Assembly: GCA_963833985.1 (NCBI GenBank)
Contig: CAWIAD010000001.1
Location: 3,136,001-3,200,000, forward strand
DNA: 64,000 nucleotides
Reading direction: 5' to 3'
Source of the DNA: an uncultured Planctomycetaceae bacterium
GTDB lineage: Bacteria > Planctomycetota > Planctomycetia > Isosphaerales > Isosphaeraceae
The notes under the pieces were generated by a model that did no database searches, was not told the DNA's origin, and was given only the letters and a program-made list of their open reading frames with translations. The translations under genes were made by a program, and so were the position numbers. Below are positions 54,168 to 64,000 of this stretch, piece after piece. Each line of letters opens with the position of its first letter. Position 1 is the first letter of the stretch.

Positions 54168-55898
54168 ATGCCGAGGCGAATGTTCCCGGTGCTCGTGACC
54201 TGGTCGGCAGCGCTGGCCGGCTGGATGGTTGTCGGCCGGGCCGACGGGCCACCCGGCTCGGCCTCGTTGACGGAGCCTCAGGGACGCACCAGCATCGCCG
54301 GGGTCCGATTGCCGCGACGTAAGCCCGCGGCGCCCCCCGCGGCTCCTCCCCGTGCGGCGACGCCCGGCGTCCCGGCCCACCCCGCAGCCACGCCTCCGCG
54401 GGCGTCAACCTCGACTGGCGACATGCGGGACCTCCGGCCCGCCGGCACCCAGGTTCGCGAAGGCGTGCCGTCAGCCTTGCCACTGCCGGCTACGGCTGCT
54501 GCGCCGGCGCCTGCGCCATCCTCGGCCCCGGCCCCCTCCGAGAAGCCGATCGTCCCGCGCGCCGATGCGGGACGAGCCGCCGGACCGGCTCCACTGTCTC
54601 TCCTCGACCTCGAGAAGATGGCCCTGGGCAACAACCCAACCATCAAGGCGGCCGAGGCGCTGGTGCTCCAGCAACAGGGCTTGCTCCGCCAGCTCACGCG
54701 CTACCCGAATCCCACCGCTGGCTGGGTCCAGTCGACGCCTTCCCGGATGTCGGAGGGAGCCACGCAGGGTGTGTTCATCAGCCAGGACATCGTCACGGCA
54801 GGCAAGCTGCGGATCGTGGGCCGGGCGGAACGCGTCGAGGTCGAGTGGCGTATTCTTCAGATGAACGCGCAGGTTGGCCGCGTTCTCAATGACGTGCGGA
54901 TCCGTTATTACGAGGTCCTGGGCGCCCAGCAGGCGATGGCCACCGCGGAGGAGCTCGCGCGGCTGGCCGCGGACGACCTGACGACCGTTCGCCAGTTGCT
55001 GGAAGCCAGGCAGGCGTCCCGCCCGGACCTGCTTCAGGCGGAGATCCACCTCAGCGCCGTGCGCGCCTCGTTGCAGGACGCGCGGCTGCGGCACCAGGCC
55101 GCCTGGCGGCAGCTCGCCAACGTCGTCGGCGTCGCCCGCCTGACGCCGGCCCGCCTTCCCGACGACATCGAGTCCAACATCCCCAGGCTCGACTGGGACG
55201 AGAGCCTGGAGCGTTTGCTCTGCGAGAGCCCGGTGCTCCGCGCCCAGGCCGCCCAGGTCCGCGAGGCCGAGCTCGAGGTGCAGCTTCAGAAACGCCTGGT
55301 GATCCCGAACGTCAACGTCCAGACCGTCATCCAGCGCGACTACGTCAGGCAATACGACCAGGTCAGCACCCTGGTCTCGGCCCCCATTCCGGCCTGGAAC
55401 CGCAACCGGGGTGCCATTATGAATGCCGAGGGAATGCTCAGCCAGCAACAGCAGGAATACAAGCGCCTCAGGCTGGCCCTGGCGGACCAGCTCGCGACCT
55501 CCTTCCAGCAGTATCAAAGTGCGCGAAATCAGGTCGAGCACCTGCGCGAGATCCTGCCGCGGACCCGAGAGAACATCGAACTGACGACGCAGGGCTTCCG
55601 GCAGGGGCAGGCCGGCTTCGACTTCATGCGGGTCCGGGACGCCCAGGACCTCTACCACCAGACGAGGACCTCGTACATCGACGCGTTGACATCGCTCCGC
55701 AAGGTCGCCATCGAGATCTGCGGCCTCCAGCTCGTTGGGGGCCTGAACCCGACGGAGATCGGCACGGCGCTCCAGGCCACGCCGGGTGTTCCGGCCGGGC
55801 TCGGCGGCGTCCTCCTGCAATTCCAGCAGCAACAGCAGAGCGGCGTGAGCGGGACGCTGCCGGGTGCCCTCCAGAGCACTGTGGCCGGCCCGCAGTGA
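54168..55898 (+). CDS. TolC family outer-membrane efflux protein
   Basis: LEKMALGNNPTI, YPNPT, QDIVTAGKL, PIPAWNRNRGAI. Confidence 0.9.
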   Translation: MPRRMFPVLVTWSAALAGWMVVGRADGPPGSASLTEPQGRTSIAGVRLPRRKPAAPPAAPPRAATPGVPAHPAATPPRASTSTGDMRDLRPAGTQVREGVPSALPLPATAAAPAPAPSSAPAPSEKPIVPRADAGRAAGPAPLSLLDLEKMALGNNPTIKAAEALVLQQQGLLRQLTRYPNPTAGWVQSTPSRMSEGATQGVFISQDIVTAGKLRIVGRAERVEVEWRILQMNAQVGRVLNDVRIRYYEVLGAQQAMATAEELARLAADDLTTVRQLLEARQASRPDLLQAEIHLSAVRASLQDARLRHQAAWRQLANVVGVARLTPARLPDDIESNIPRLDWDESLERLLCESPVLRAQAAQVREAELEVQLQKRLVIPNVNVQTVIQRDYVRQYDQVSTLVSAPIPAWNRNRGAIMNAEGMLSQQQQEYKRLRLALADQLATSFQQYQSARNQVEHLREILPRTRENIELTTQGFRQGQAGFDFMRVRDAQDLYHQTRTSYIDALTSLRKVAIEICGLQLVGGLNPTEIGTALQATPGVPAGLGGVLLQFQQQQQSGVSGTLPGALQSTVAGPQ

Positions 55899-55940
55899 GG
55901 CCTCGAGAAGCCGGCAGTCGACACCCAGGCCAGGAGACCT

Positions 55941-57332
55941 TTGATGCTTCTTCGCCGCATTCTCACGCTCTTCAAGTGGCTCATGGCCCTCGGGCTGCTC
56001 GGCGGCCTGCTCTCGGGCGCCTACTGGGTGAACAGTCAGATGCGATCCGAGCGCGTGAGGGAAGGGGAGGAGGACAGGGTCCAATCGCCACGGCGAACGA
56101 GGGCGGGTGTCGTGGAGCTGGGGATCGAGCAGGCCCGCCGGTACGGGCTGGAGGAGGCACCTGCGCAGGCGGTCTCCTGGGCAGAACGGGTTGCCGTCTA
56201 CGGGCAGGTCGTCTGGAATCCGAGGGCCGTGGTCGAGCTGCGAGCGCCTTACTCCGGCACGCTCAGGGCCGCCGCCGGTGCTCCCTGGCCGGCACCCGGG
56301 CGCTGGGTCCACTCGGGGCAGACCCTGGGCTGGATCGACATCCGCGTCTCGGCCCAGGAGCGGCTCACCCTGCAAGATAATCTCAACAACGCCCGCCTGA
56401 AGAGGCATGGCGCCGAGCAGATTGTCGCACTCCAGCGCGAGCGCGTCCGTCGCATCGACAGCGTCTCCCGGTCCCAGATCGTTCCCGGCCAGCAGCTCGA
56501 CGACGCCAAGGTCCTGCTGGCCGACGCCGAGACCCAGCTCGCGATGGCCTCGGCGGCCGTCGAGCTCTGGCAGAAGTCGCTCGAGGAGGTCGATCGGCCG
56601 GGCCACCGGGAGACGACCGCCTACAGCCAGCCGCTCGTGTCGCCGGGTGAGGGCGAGGTCACGGAGCTGGCGGCGCGGCCGGGAATGGCGATCGAGGCGG
56701 GGGGCCTGGTAGCCCAGCTCATCGATCTCCGCCGGATGCTGGCGCGGCTGCAAATCCCGCCGGAGCTGCTGACGGCTGGCCCGCCCGGCCCGTTGCGACT
56801 CCAGGCGATCGCGTCGCCGTCGGTTGCCGCGGTCGGGATCCTGAGCCCGGGAGAGCGGCCTGGATCTCCCCCGACCGTCGAGGCCACTCCGGTGGGCCCT
56901 GCACCCCGCGTGGATGCCGCGTCGCAGTACGTCGGTTACTGGTATGAGTCCGAACCGGCACGGATCGAGGACGCGGACGGAAAATCCAGGTCAGTCGCCC
57001 CGGAGGGGGACAACCCCGGGATCCCCTGGCTTCCGGGGCTTCAGGTCAAGGCCTTGATGACGCCCCTGAATGGCCGGTCACGACCGGCCGTGGCGGTTCC
57101 CGTCGGGGCCGTCCTCTTTCATCAGGGACGGGCGCTGGTCTACGTGCGGGTCAAGCCGGGCGCCTACCAGCGCCGCGAGGTGCGCCTGCTGGGCCAGGAG
57201 CCGGGTGCCTGGGTTGTCGCCGCGCGCCAGACCCCGGACCCATCGGGCCTGGATCCCGGCGACGTGGTCATTCAGCGCGGGGGCCAGATCCTGCTCTCCG
57301 AGGAATTTCGCAGTGACGTGAACGCCGATTGA
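55941..57332 (+). CDS. RND efflux membrane-fusion (periplasmic adaptor) protein
   Basis: N-terminal TM, LRAPYSG, coiled hairpin, VAVPVGAV..GRALVYV, GGQILLSEE. Confidence 0.88.
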   Translation: MMLLRRILTLFKWLMALGLLGGLLSGAYWVNSQMRSERVREGEEDRVQSPRRTRAGVVELGIEQARRYGLEEAPAQAVSWAERVAVYGQVVWNPRAVVELRAPYSGTLRAAAGAPWPAPGRWVHSGQTLGWIDIRVSAQERLTLQDNLNNARLKRHGAEQIVALQRERVRRIDSVSRSQIVPGQQLDDAKVLLADAETQLAMASAAVELWQKSLEEVDRPGHRETTAYSQPLVSPGEGEVTELAARPGMAIEAGGLVAQLIDLRRMLARLQIPPELLTAGPPGPLRLQAIASPSVAAVGILSPGERPGSPPTVEATPVGPAPRVDAASQYVGYWYESEPARIEDADGKSRSVAPEGDNPGIPWLPGLQVKALMTPLNGRSRPAVAVPVGAVLFHQGRALVYVRVKPGAYQRREVRLLGQEPGAWVVAARQTPDPSGLDPGDVVIQRGGQILLSEEFRSDVNAD

Positions 57333-57422
57333 ACAGGATTTCGACGGTCATCGCCCGCGGAACACGGTTCCCGCTCCGGCCCCCGTCGTTCACCGTCCAC
57401 CGCAGGAGATTCACGAACTGCC

Positions 57423-60400
57423 ATGCTCCAGGCCATCGTCCGCTGTTCGATCCACAACCGGGCCGTCGTCGTCGTCCTCTCCGCGCTGCTGCTGGCCTTC
57501 GGGTTCTTCGCCGTGGAGCATGCCAGGCTGGACGTCTTCCCCGAGTTCGTGCCGCCCCAGGTCGTCGTCCAGACCGAGGCGCCGGGGCTCGCCGCCGACG
57601 AGGTCGAGCCGCTCGTCACCCTGCCGATCGAGCAGGCGCTGCTGGGCATCCCCGGCCTGGACGTGCTGCGCTCGCAATCGATCCAGGGGCTCTCGGTCAG
57701 TACGCTCATCTTTCAGGACAACACCGACATCTATCGGGCGCGGCAGCTTGTCGCCAAGCGGCTCGCGGAGGTGGGCGGGCATCTCCCCAAGGGGGTTCGG
57801 CCGCCCCGGCTCGGCCCGCTCACCTCCTCCACCGGCCGGCTCCTTGTGGTCGGCTTCACCTCCACGAAGCTCTCGCCGTTGGAGTTGCGCGACTGGGTGC
57901 AGTGGACCTTGCGGCCGCGGCTGCTGGCGGTCCGGGGCGTGGCCCAGGTCTCCCTCTTCGGCGGGGGCGTCCGCGAATTCCAGGTCCAGATCGACCCGGA
58001 CCAGCTCACCGCCCACGCCCTGAGCCTGACCTCCGTCCTCGACGCGGCCCGGCGCGGCACCGGGGTTCGCGGCGCCGGCTTCCAGGAGAACGAGCACCAG
58101 CGCTCAATCGTGCGGGTCGAGGCTCAGGTCCGCTCCGCCGCCGAGCTGGGCGAGGCCGTGGTGACGACATCCGCAGGTCATCCGGTGCGACTCCGCGACG
58201 TGGCCCGCGTCGTCGAGGCCCCGGAGCCGAAGTTCGGTGACGCGGCCGTCGACGGCCAGCCCGCCGTCACGCTCAACATCTTCAAGCAGTACGGCGGGGA
58301 TACGCCCGAGACGACCCGCCGGGTCGAGGCCGAGCTGGACCGCATGCGGCCCGCCATGGAGGGGCAGGGGATCGTCTATCACCCGGCGCTCTTCCGACAG
58401 GCGGACTTCATCGCGCGCGCCGTCGGCAACGTTACGCACGCGTTGCTCCTGGGCGCGGTCCTGGTCGCGGTCGTCCTCTTCGTCTTCCTGTTCAACGTGC
58501 GGACGGCCCTGATCTCGCTGACGGCGATTCCTCTGTCGTTGCTGGGGGCGATCGTAGTGCTCTGGCTGGGCGGCGTGAGCCTGAACACCTTGACCCTGGG
58601 CGGGCTGGCCATCGCCGTCGGCGAGGTCGTGGACGACGCCATCATCGACGTGGAGAACATCTTCCGAAGACTCCGCGAGAATGCCCGGCTGGGCCAGCCG
58701 CGCTCGGCGGCGGCTGTCGTGCTGTCGGCCTCGCTCGAGGTCCGCAGAGCCGTCGTCTACGCCACCTTCATCGTCGTGCTCGTGTTCGTGCCGGTCTTCT
58801 TCCTGAGCGGCCTCCAGGGACGGCTCTTCTCCCCGCTTGGGTATGCCTACGCCCTGGCGGTGCTCGCCTCGCTGGCGGTGGCCCTGACCGTCACGCCGGC
58901 CCTGGCGCTGATCCTGCTGCCGGGGGCCGGCGGCGCCGAGGAGCCCCCGCTGCTCCGGGGGCTCCAGAACGTCTACGAGCGGCTCGTGCGCCGGCTCGAC
59001 CGCGAGCTGGCCCTGGTCGTGACCTCGGTCGTTCTGCTTGTGGCTGCCGCGGGCTGGGCGCTCGACCACTTCGGCGGCGAGTCGCTGCCGGAGATGCGCG
59101 AGAACCACTTCATCCTCCACATGCAGGGCCTGCCGGGCACTTCACTGCCGCAGTCGATGGCCGCGGGTGGCGCCCTGGTACGAGAATTGAAGAGGATCCC
59201 GGCGGTCACGAGCGTCGCGCAGCAGGCCGGGCGGGCCGAGCTGGGCGAGGATACCTGGGGCGTCGAGTACAGCGAGATCGAGGTCGGGCTCAAGGAGCTG
59301 GAGGGGGAAGAGTTCGAGGCCGTGGAGGGATCGCTCAAGGCCTCCTTGCGAGACAACTTCCCGGGGTTCTCGTTCGAGGTCTTCTCGTTCCTGTCCGAAC
59401 GCATCGAGGAGACGATCTCGGGCTCGATCGCGCCTGTCGCGGTGAAGATCTACGGCGACGACCTGGGCGAGCTGGACCGGGCCGCCCGCGACATCGCCGA
59501 GGCGATCGGCGGCGTGCCCGGCGCCGACAATGTCCGCCCCGAGCCTCAGGCCGGCCAGCCCGAACTGGTGGTCCGGGTGCGCCCGGAGGACGCCGCCCGG
59601 CACAATCTGCGCCGCGCGGAGATTCTCGAGGCCGTCCACGCCGCCTACCAGGGCGCGGAGGTCGCTCAGGCGTACGACCGCAACCGGGTCATCAACGTGG
59701 TCGTCATCCTCGACCCGAACGTGCGGAATGACCCCGAGGCACTGGCCAACCTATGGATCTCCGTACCGAGCGCCGACTCCGCGGCCTCCGCCCCTGCGGT
59801 GACGGCGACGGCGACGGCGGCATCGGCCGGCCCAGAGCCGCTGGTGGGGGCCGGAGATCGGCTCCGACTCAGGCAGGTTGCGGATGTCTTCCTCTCCGAA
59901 GCTCGCTTCCTCGTGCGCCACGAGGGCGGGCTCCGTCAGCAACTCGTGACCTGCAACGTCCAGGGGCGCGACATCGAGTCGTTCGTGGCCGAGGCCAGGC
60001 AGCGGGTCCAGAAGCTGGCCCTGCCGAACGTGACGTTGGTCTTCACCGGCGCTCACGAGATCAAGCAGGCGACCGAGCGGGAGTTGCTCCTGCTGGGCTC
60101 GGCCGCCGGCGCGGGCATCCTCCTGATCCTCTGGATGGCCTTCGGCTCGCTGCGACAGCTGATCCTGATCCTGGCCAATCTCCCGTTCGCCCTGGTGGGG
60201 GGCGTGGCCGTGGTCTACATGAGGGGCGGCGTGCTCGACGTCGGCTCGCTGGTTGGTTTCGTGACCCTGTTCGGCATCACGACGCGGAGCAGCATCATGA
60301 TGGTCTCGCACTGGCAGCATCTCCACGAGGTCGAGGGGCTCCCCTGGGGACCGGACCTGATCTTCCGCGGCGCACGGGAACGCCTGGCACCCGTGCTCAT

Positions 60401-60587
60401 GACCGCGCTGGTCACGGCCCTGGGACTGCTCCCCATCGCGGCCAGCTCGGACCAGCCGGGGAGCGAGATCGAGGGCCCGATGGCCCTGGTCATCCTCGGC
60501 GGCCTGGTGACCTCGACCGCACTGAATCTGCTGGGCCTCCCGGTGCTCTACCGTCGCTTCGGAGCCGCCCCCGGCACTGCCTCATGA
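57423..60587 (+). CDS. CusA/CzcA family heavy-metal efflux RND permease
   Basis: DVFPEFVPPQVVVQTEAPGL, LGGLAIAVGEVVDDAIIDVENI, ERLAPVLMTAL, GSEIEGPMA. Confidence 0.93.
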   Translation: MLQAIVRCSIHNRAVVVVLSALLLAFGFFAVEHARLDVFPEFVPPQVVVQTEAPGLAADEVEPLVTLPIEQALLGIPGLDVLRSQSIQGLSVSTLIFQDNTDIYRARQLVAKRLAEVGGHLPKGVRPPRLGPLTSSTGRLLVVGFTSTKLSPLELRDWVQWTLRPRLLAVRGVAQVSLFGGGVREFQVQIDPDQLTAHALSLTSVLDAARRGTGVRGAGFQENEHQRSIVRVEAQVRSAAELGEAVVTTSAGHPVRLRDVARVVEAPEPKFGDAAVDGQPAVTLNIFKQYGGDTPETTRRVEAELDRMRPAMEGQGIVYHPALFRQADFIARAVGNVTHALLLGAVLVAVVLFVFLFNVRTALISLTAIPLSLLGAIVVLWLGGVSLNTLTLGGLAIAVGEVVDDAIIDVENIFRRLRENARLGQPRSAAAVVLSASLEVRRAVVYATFIVVLVFVPVFFLSGLQGRLFSPLGYAYALAVLASLAVALTVTPALALILLPGAGGAEEPPLLRGLQNVYERLVRRLDRELALVVTSVVLLVAAAGWALDHFGGESLPEMRENHFILHMQGLPGTSLPQSMAAGGALVRELKRIPAVTSVAQQAGRAELGEDTWGVEYSEIEVGLKELEGEEFEAVEGSLKASLRDNFPGFSFEVFSFLSERIEETISGSIAPVAVKIYGDDLGELDRAARDIAEAIGGVPGADNVRPEPQAGQPELVVRVRPEDAARHNLRRAEILEAVHAAYQGAEVAQAYDRNRVINVVVILDPNVRNDPEALANLWISVPSADSAASAPAVTATATAASAGPEPLVGAGDRLRLRQVADVFLSEARFLVRHEGGLRQQLVTCNVQGRDIESFVAEARQRVQKLALPNVTLVFTGAHEIKQATERELLLLGSAAGAGILLILWMAFGSLRQLILILANLPFALVGGVAVVYMRGGVLDVGSLVGFVTLFGITTRSSIMMVSHWQHLHEVEGLPWGPDLIFRGARERLAPVLMTALVTALGLLPIAASSDQPGSEIEGPMALVILGGLVTSTALNLLGLPVLYRRFGAAPGTAS

Positions 60588-60782
60588 ACTGTGCGGATGA
60601 CCATGCGCCCACAGATCCTCCGTCCTGCTCCGTAAACTGACAATGACGGCGTGGTCCGCCCGCTTCCTCGTGTGCCCGGCGGCTTGCAGGCACCAGGACC
60701 CAGGCGCCGCCAGGGGCCCGGCGGCGCGACCCTTCCGAGGCTCACCCGCACCGCATCAGCGTGCGAAATAGCCCAAAACAAA

Positions 60783-61270
60783 CGACACTCCCCGCTGATC
60801 TCCACCGAATCTTACGCGGCGTGACATGATCCTTGTCCGACCTGGTGTTGCGTTCCGGGCTCCTTGCCCGACGTCGGTTCACGGCTGACTTTGGGCTGGG
60901 GGGGGCTGCCAACTGCTCCACACCTCGTCCAGCGTCAACACCACAAACCGCGCCAGTGTTCGACGGCGCCGCCACCTGTACCGCACCTTCTCCAGAAAGC
61001 GAAACATCCGGTGGGTACGCTCCACGTGGTTGCTGGTCCGGACGCGCTCGCTGAGTGGGTTGTCGAGGAAAGCCATCAGCTGGTCAGGGGGCCTTCTTGG
61101 GAGCGCAGAAAACCGGTATAAGGACAGTCGTGGGTGCATCCGTGCCCATGCTTGCGTCCTTTCGTGCTGAGGCCAGGTAACTTCATTCACGGGGACGCAA
61201 GCCCTATCTTTCAACCCCAAAACGCCTGACCTGTGCCACCCTCCTCGGTGGAGATCAGCGAGGAGTGTCG
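60783..61270 (-). mobile_element. MITE-like internally deleted IS, copy 2, both terminal IRs present (488 bp)
   Basis: 26-bp IRs CGACACTCC(C/T)CGCTGATCTCCACCGA at 60783-60808 and 61245-61270, 25/26 match; transposase N- and C-terminal remnants inside. Confidence 0.88.
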
Positions 61271-62109
61271 AATTTCTCGGTCACGGAAAATGGAGCGGGA
61301 CGCTCGGAGAGTGGCGCTAGCGAGGTTCCCTGGCCGCCGATGACGGGCTTGCCGTAGATGGGCTCGAGTGCGGAGAACAGATCTGTCAGTTTCTCCCGAT
61401 CACCTTCTGCGAGGAAGTAGGCGTCATGCATTTGACCCCAGAGCCCGTCTCCCCGCGCTCGAGTGAGCGGTTTCAAAAGATCCAGGCGCGGGCCGAGCCA
61501 GAGCCGGTACAGGGCGAGTTTTGGCACCTGCTTGTCCCTGCCGGCGAAGTTCTCCAGGAACGAGTTCAAGCCGCCTCCCATCGTGGCCACGCTGGGCTTG
61601 CCGCCATCGGGACTGGTGATCGTGGCGCTGTGCCGCCAAACGCTCCTGGTTCGATCGAAGATGAAGTAGCTGGCGTTCGTCGTGCCGGGCTCTTTCCCGG
61701 GTTGCTTCCGCACCAGGAAGGAGAAAGTCTGGCGCTCTTTCCAGGGCCAGAGCATGTGGGTGTGCGCGCCCTCGCCCTCGCCTCCGAAACGGTCGTGAAT
61801 CGTCTCAGGGTCGGCGAAGGTCACCCTGGGATGCAACTCGTCGCTGGTGTCCCAGATCGAAAAGATTGTCCGACGCTCGCGCGGGCCGTTGTGCTGAATG
61901 CCGCAATAACCGCCCGCCGGCTCGCCGGGATGCCAGTTCGCCCCGCAATAGTAAATGCCGGGATGCGTCGCCAGCACGGTGATCTCGCCGCAGAGCCACC
62001 GACCATCACGCTCGCCTTCCAGGTTCCACCAAAGATGCTGGGCCATGGCACTCGGACAGAGAACGCCCACCAAGACAAGAGTGAACGCCGACGTCGTCGC
62101 ACGCTTCAT
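61255..62109 (-). CDS. DUF3472-like secreted protein; stop codon lies within the MITE terminal repeat
   Basis: Signal peptide; GGYCGIQ, IFSIWD, FGGEGEG, SFLENF. Confidence 0.75.
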   Translation of the reverse strand: MKRATTSAFTLVLVGVLCPSAMAQHLWWNLEGERDGRWLCGEITVLATHPGIYYCGANWHPGEPAGGYCGIQHNGPRERRTIFSIWDTSDELHPRVTFADPETIHDRFGGEGEGAHTHMLWPWKERQTFSFLVRKQPGKEPGTTNASYFIFDRTRSVWRHSATITSPDGGKPSVATMGGGLNSFLENFAGRDKQVPKLALYRLWLGPRLDLLKPLTRARGDGLWGQMHDAYFLAEGDREKLTDLFSALEPIYGKPVIGGQGTSLAPLSERPAPFSVTEKFDTPR

Positions 62110-62181
62110 GTCGATCTCACGCAGAGGAGAGAGGTCCCCGACAGTGTATGATAGCTCCAGATCCAGCGGCGTCGCCAGCGG

Positions 62182-63636
62182 ATGCACGAGCAGACCGCGG
62201 CCATGCCGGAGAAGCGTGGAACTTCAGGAGATCGGGTCGTGCCATCCTCGAACCGGCAGGCCGTGGAGCTGCGCCCGTCGCGCGGCCGAAACCGATACGC
62301 CGTGGTTTTCTGGGCCTGGATCTTCGCGCTGTGCATGGCAGCGCTGGCGGCGACATACGTGATGTTCGTGGAGCCGCCCCCGCCCCACACGCTGGTGATT
62401 GCCAGCGGTAGCCGCGACGGAGCCTACCACCGGTTCGCCCTCGAGTATGCCAGGGAGCTGAAGAAGCACGGACTGAATGTCGAGGTCCGCGAGACGGCCG
62501 GATCGGTGGAGAACCTGGAACTGCTGGAGCAGCGCAGTTCCGGCGTGTCGGTGGCCATCGTGCAGAGCGGCGTGGCCACACCCGGGCAACTGGCGCAGTT
62601 CGATGCCCTGGGAAGCCTTTACCGGGAGCCGCTCTGGATCTTCTACCGGGGCAGTGCGCCGCTGGCGCGGCTGACCCAGCTCGCAGGAAAACGTATAGGG
62701 GTCGGGCCGACCGGCAGTGGCACTCACGCCGTCTCCATGCGGCTACTGGCCGCCAACGGGATGGCCGACACCGCAGGTAAGCCTGGATCGACTGCCGGGA
62801 CATCGTCGCCCGTCCTGGTTCACCAGGATGTTGAAACCGCTGCCAGGGCGTTGCGCAAGGGAGAGCTGGACGCCGCGTTCTTCGTTGCCGCCTTCGAGGC
62901 CGAGTACATTCTGGAGCTGCTGCATGACGACGACGTGAGATTGCTGAGCTTCGACCAGCGCGAGGCGTACCACCGCCGCTTCCGGTTCCTGTCACCGGTT
63001 ACGGTGCCCGCGGGCCTGGTGAACCTCGGCCGCAACATCCCGGACCATGACATCGCCCTGCTGGCCCCCACGGCCATGCTGGTCGTCCGCAAGGACTTCC
63101 ACCCCGCGCTCGTGCCCCTCTTGCTGATGGCTGCGGCGCGCATCCACGGCAAGGGAGACGTACTCTCCGATTCCGGTGAGTTCCCCTCCGAGGCATTCTG
63201 CGATTTCCGGCTCAGTGAAGAGGCCAGTCGGTTCTACCAGTCCGGCCAGCCGGTACTGCAAAGGCTGCTGCCATTCTGGCTGGCATCGCTCGTGGATCGG
63301 GCGAAGGTGATGGTCATTCCGCTGGTCATGTTGATGATGCCGCTCATCCGCGCCGCACCGCCTTTGCTGCGATGGCGAACCCGCAGGAAGATCTATCTCT
63401 GGTACAAGGACCTGCGGGACATCGACCAGAAACTGGCGAGCGGCCTCTCGGGCGCCGAGCTGGACCAGGAAATCCAGCGGCTCGAGGAGATCGAGCATCA
63501 GGTTGCCTATGTGGACGTGCCGCTCAGCTACATGGAAGAGTTCTACCATATGCGGCTGCATTTGGAGATGCTCCAAGAGCAGCTCGTGGAGTTGCGGTCG
63601 CGCGGCGAGCCCACGGCGGCTGTCCCGGGGACGTGA
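62182..63636 (+). CDS. TAXI-family TRAP solute-binding protein with N- and C-terminal TM segments
   Basis: IASGSRDGAY, ETAGSVENL, SLYREPLWIF, IGVGPTGSGT, LPFWLA, EEFYHMRLH. Confidence 0.85.
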   Translation: MHEQTAAMPEKRGTSGDRVVPSSNRQAVELRPSRGRNRYAVVFWAWIFALCMAALAATYVMFVEPPPPHTLVIASGSRDGAYHRFALEYARELKKHGLNVEVRETAGSVENLELLEQRSSGVSVAIVQSGVATPGQLAQFDALGSLYREPLWIFYRGSAPLARLTQLAGKRIGVGPTGSGTHAVSMRLLAANGMADTAGKPGSTAGTSSPVLVHQDVETAARALRKGELDAAFFVAAFEAEYILELLHDDDVRLLSFDQREAYHRRFRFLSPVTVPAGLVNLGRNIPDHDIALLAPTAMLVVRKDFHPALVPLLLMAAARIHGKGDVLSDSGEFPSEAFCDFRLSEEASRFYQSGQPVLQRLLPFWLASLVDRAKVMVIPLVMLMMPLIRAAPPLLRWRTRRKIYLWYKDLRDIDQKLASGLSGAELDQEIQRLEEIEHQVAYVDVPLSYMEEFYHMRLHLEMLQEQLVELRSRGEPTAAVPGT

Positions 63637-63741
63637 GGGCAAGGCCCGCAGGCAACGCCCCGAGCGATTGCAGGCGGCGAGCCGGGCCGGCGGCTGTTTC
63701 AGGTCCGCCCGCCCGGTCATCGCCGCGGTCAGGAAGCGGCT

Positions 63742-64000
63742 TCAGCCCTTCACTTTCCCGCTTTTGTCCTTCTCGGTCTTCTCTTCCTTGTTGCCCGACT
63801 CATGCGAGCTGGAACTCTCCTCGTGCTGGCCTTCCTCGTGCACGATCATGATCGAACGAGCTTCCCCGCGCATCATGCGGTGCCGGCCGTGCCGCGTGTC
63901 GCCGGTTTGCGCCTGCGACGCCTGGACGGGCGTGTACTCGATCTCGACCCGATCGCCGATCTCGAGCCGAGCCAGGTCGCACTTCTTCTTGCTTTCGCCC
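63742..64000 (-). CDS. Hypothetical protein, 3' part (truncated by window)
   Basis: Open frame ..LARLEIGDRVEIEY..RHGRHRMMRGEARSIMI..KSGKVKG* (stop 63742-63744). Confidence 0.6.
   Translation of the reverse strand, partial: GESKKKCDLARLEIGDRVEIEYTPVQASQAQTGDTRHGRHRMMRGEARSIMIVHEEGQHEESSSSHESGNKEEKTEKDKSGKVKG

Noticed and set aside
54471..56753. 760-aa minus-strand ORF and similar long antisense ORFs (e.g. 10300-11640, 15652-16884, 39547-40791)
   Set aside because: These are shadow frames of well-supported genes in high-GC DNA with no recognisable motifs.
60775..61280. Target-site duplication around MITE copy 2
   Set aside because: Flanks share only AA, too short to call.

Overview
GC-rich bacterial DNA that reads as a planctomycete (Isosphaeraceae-like) chromosome segment. 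This is inferred from gene families: a planctomycete extracellular signal, an ECF sigma factor with a long C-terminal extension, a Ser/Thr kinase-TPR protein, Tat-exported Gfo/Idh/MocA enzymes, DUF3500 and Uma2. Many conserved genes carry single-base frameshifts, most likely long-read indel errors. The window opens in the 3' end of a NifA-type activator. It continues through citrate synthase, a cell-surface cluster, mlaDFE, a Sua5-phosphatase fusion, an unannotated 29-aa highly basic ORF and an apbE-doxX-oxidoreductase operon. The most unusual part is a mobile-element hot spot at about 30.4-36.8 kb. It holds an intact HUH/Y1 (RAYT-like) transposase, a miniature deleted copy of it, and a conserved end motif followed by site-specific ~14-bp micro-tandem arrays. 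It also holds REP-like hairpins, two inverted 64-bp elements and a membrane-anchored CHAT protease bracketed by similar micro-arrays. Further on are a complete ISKra4-like IS with a 9-bp target duplication, glyA, and a heavy-metal RND efflux cassette flanked by two copies of a MITE-like element. No rRNA, tRNA or CRISPR array was recognised.
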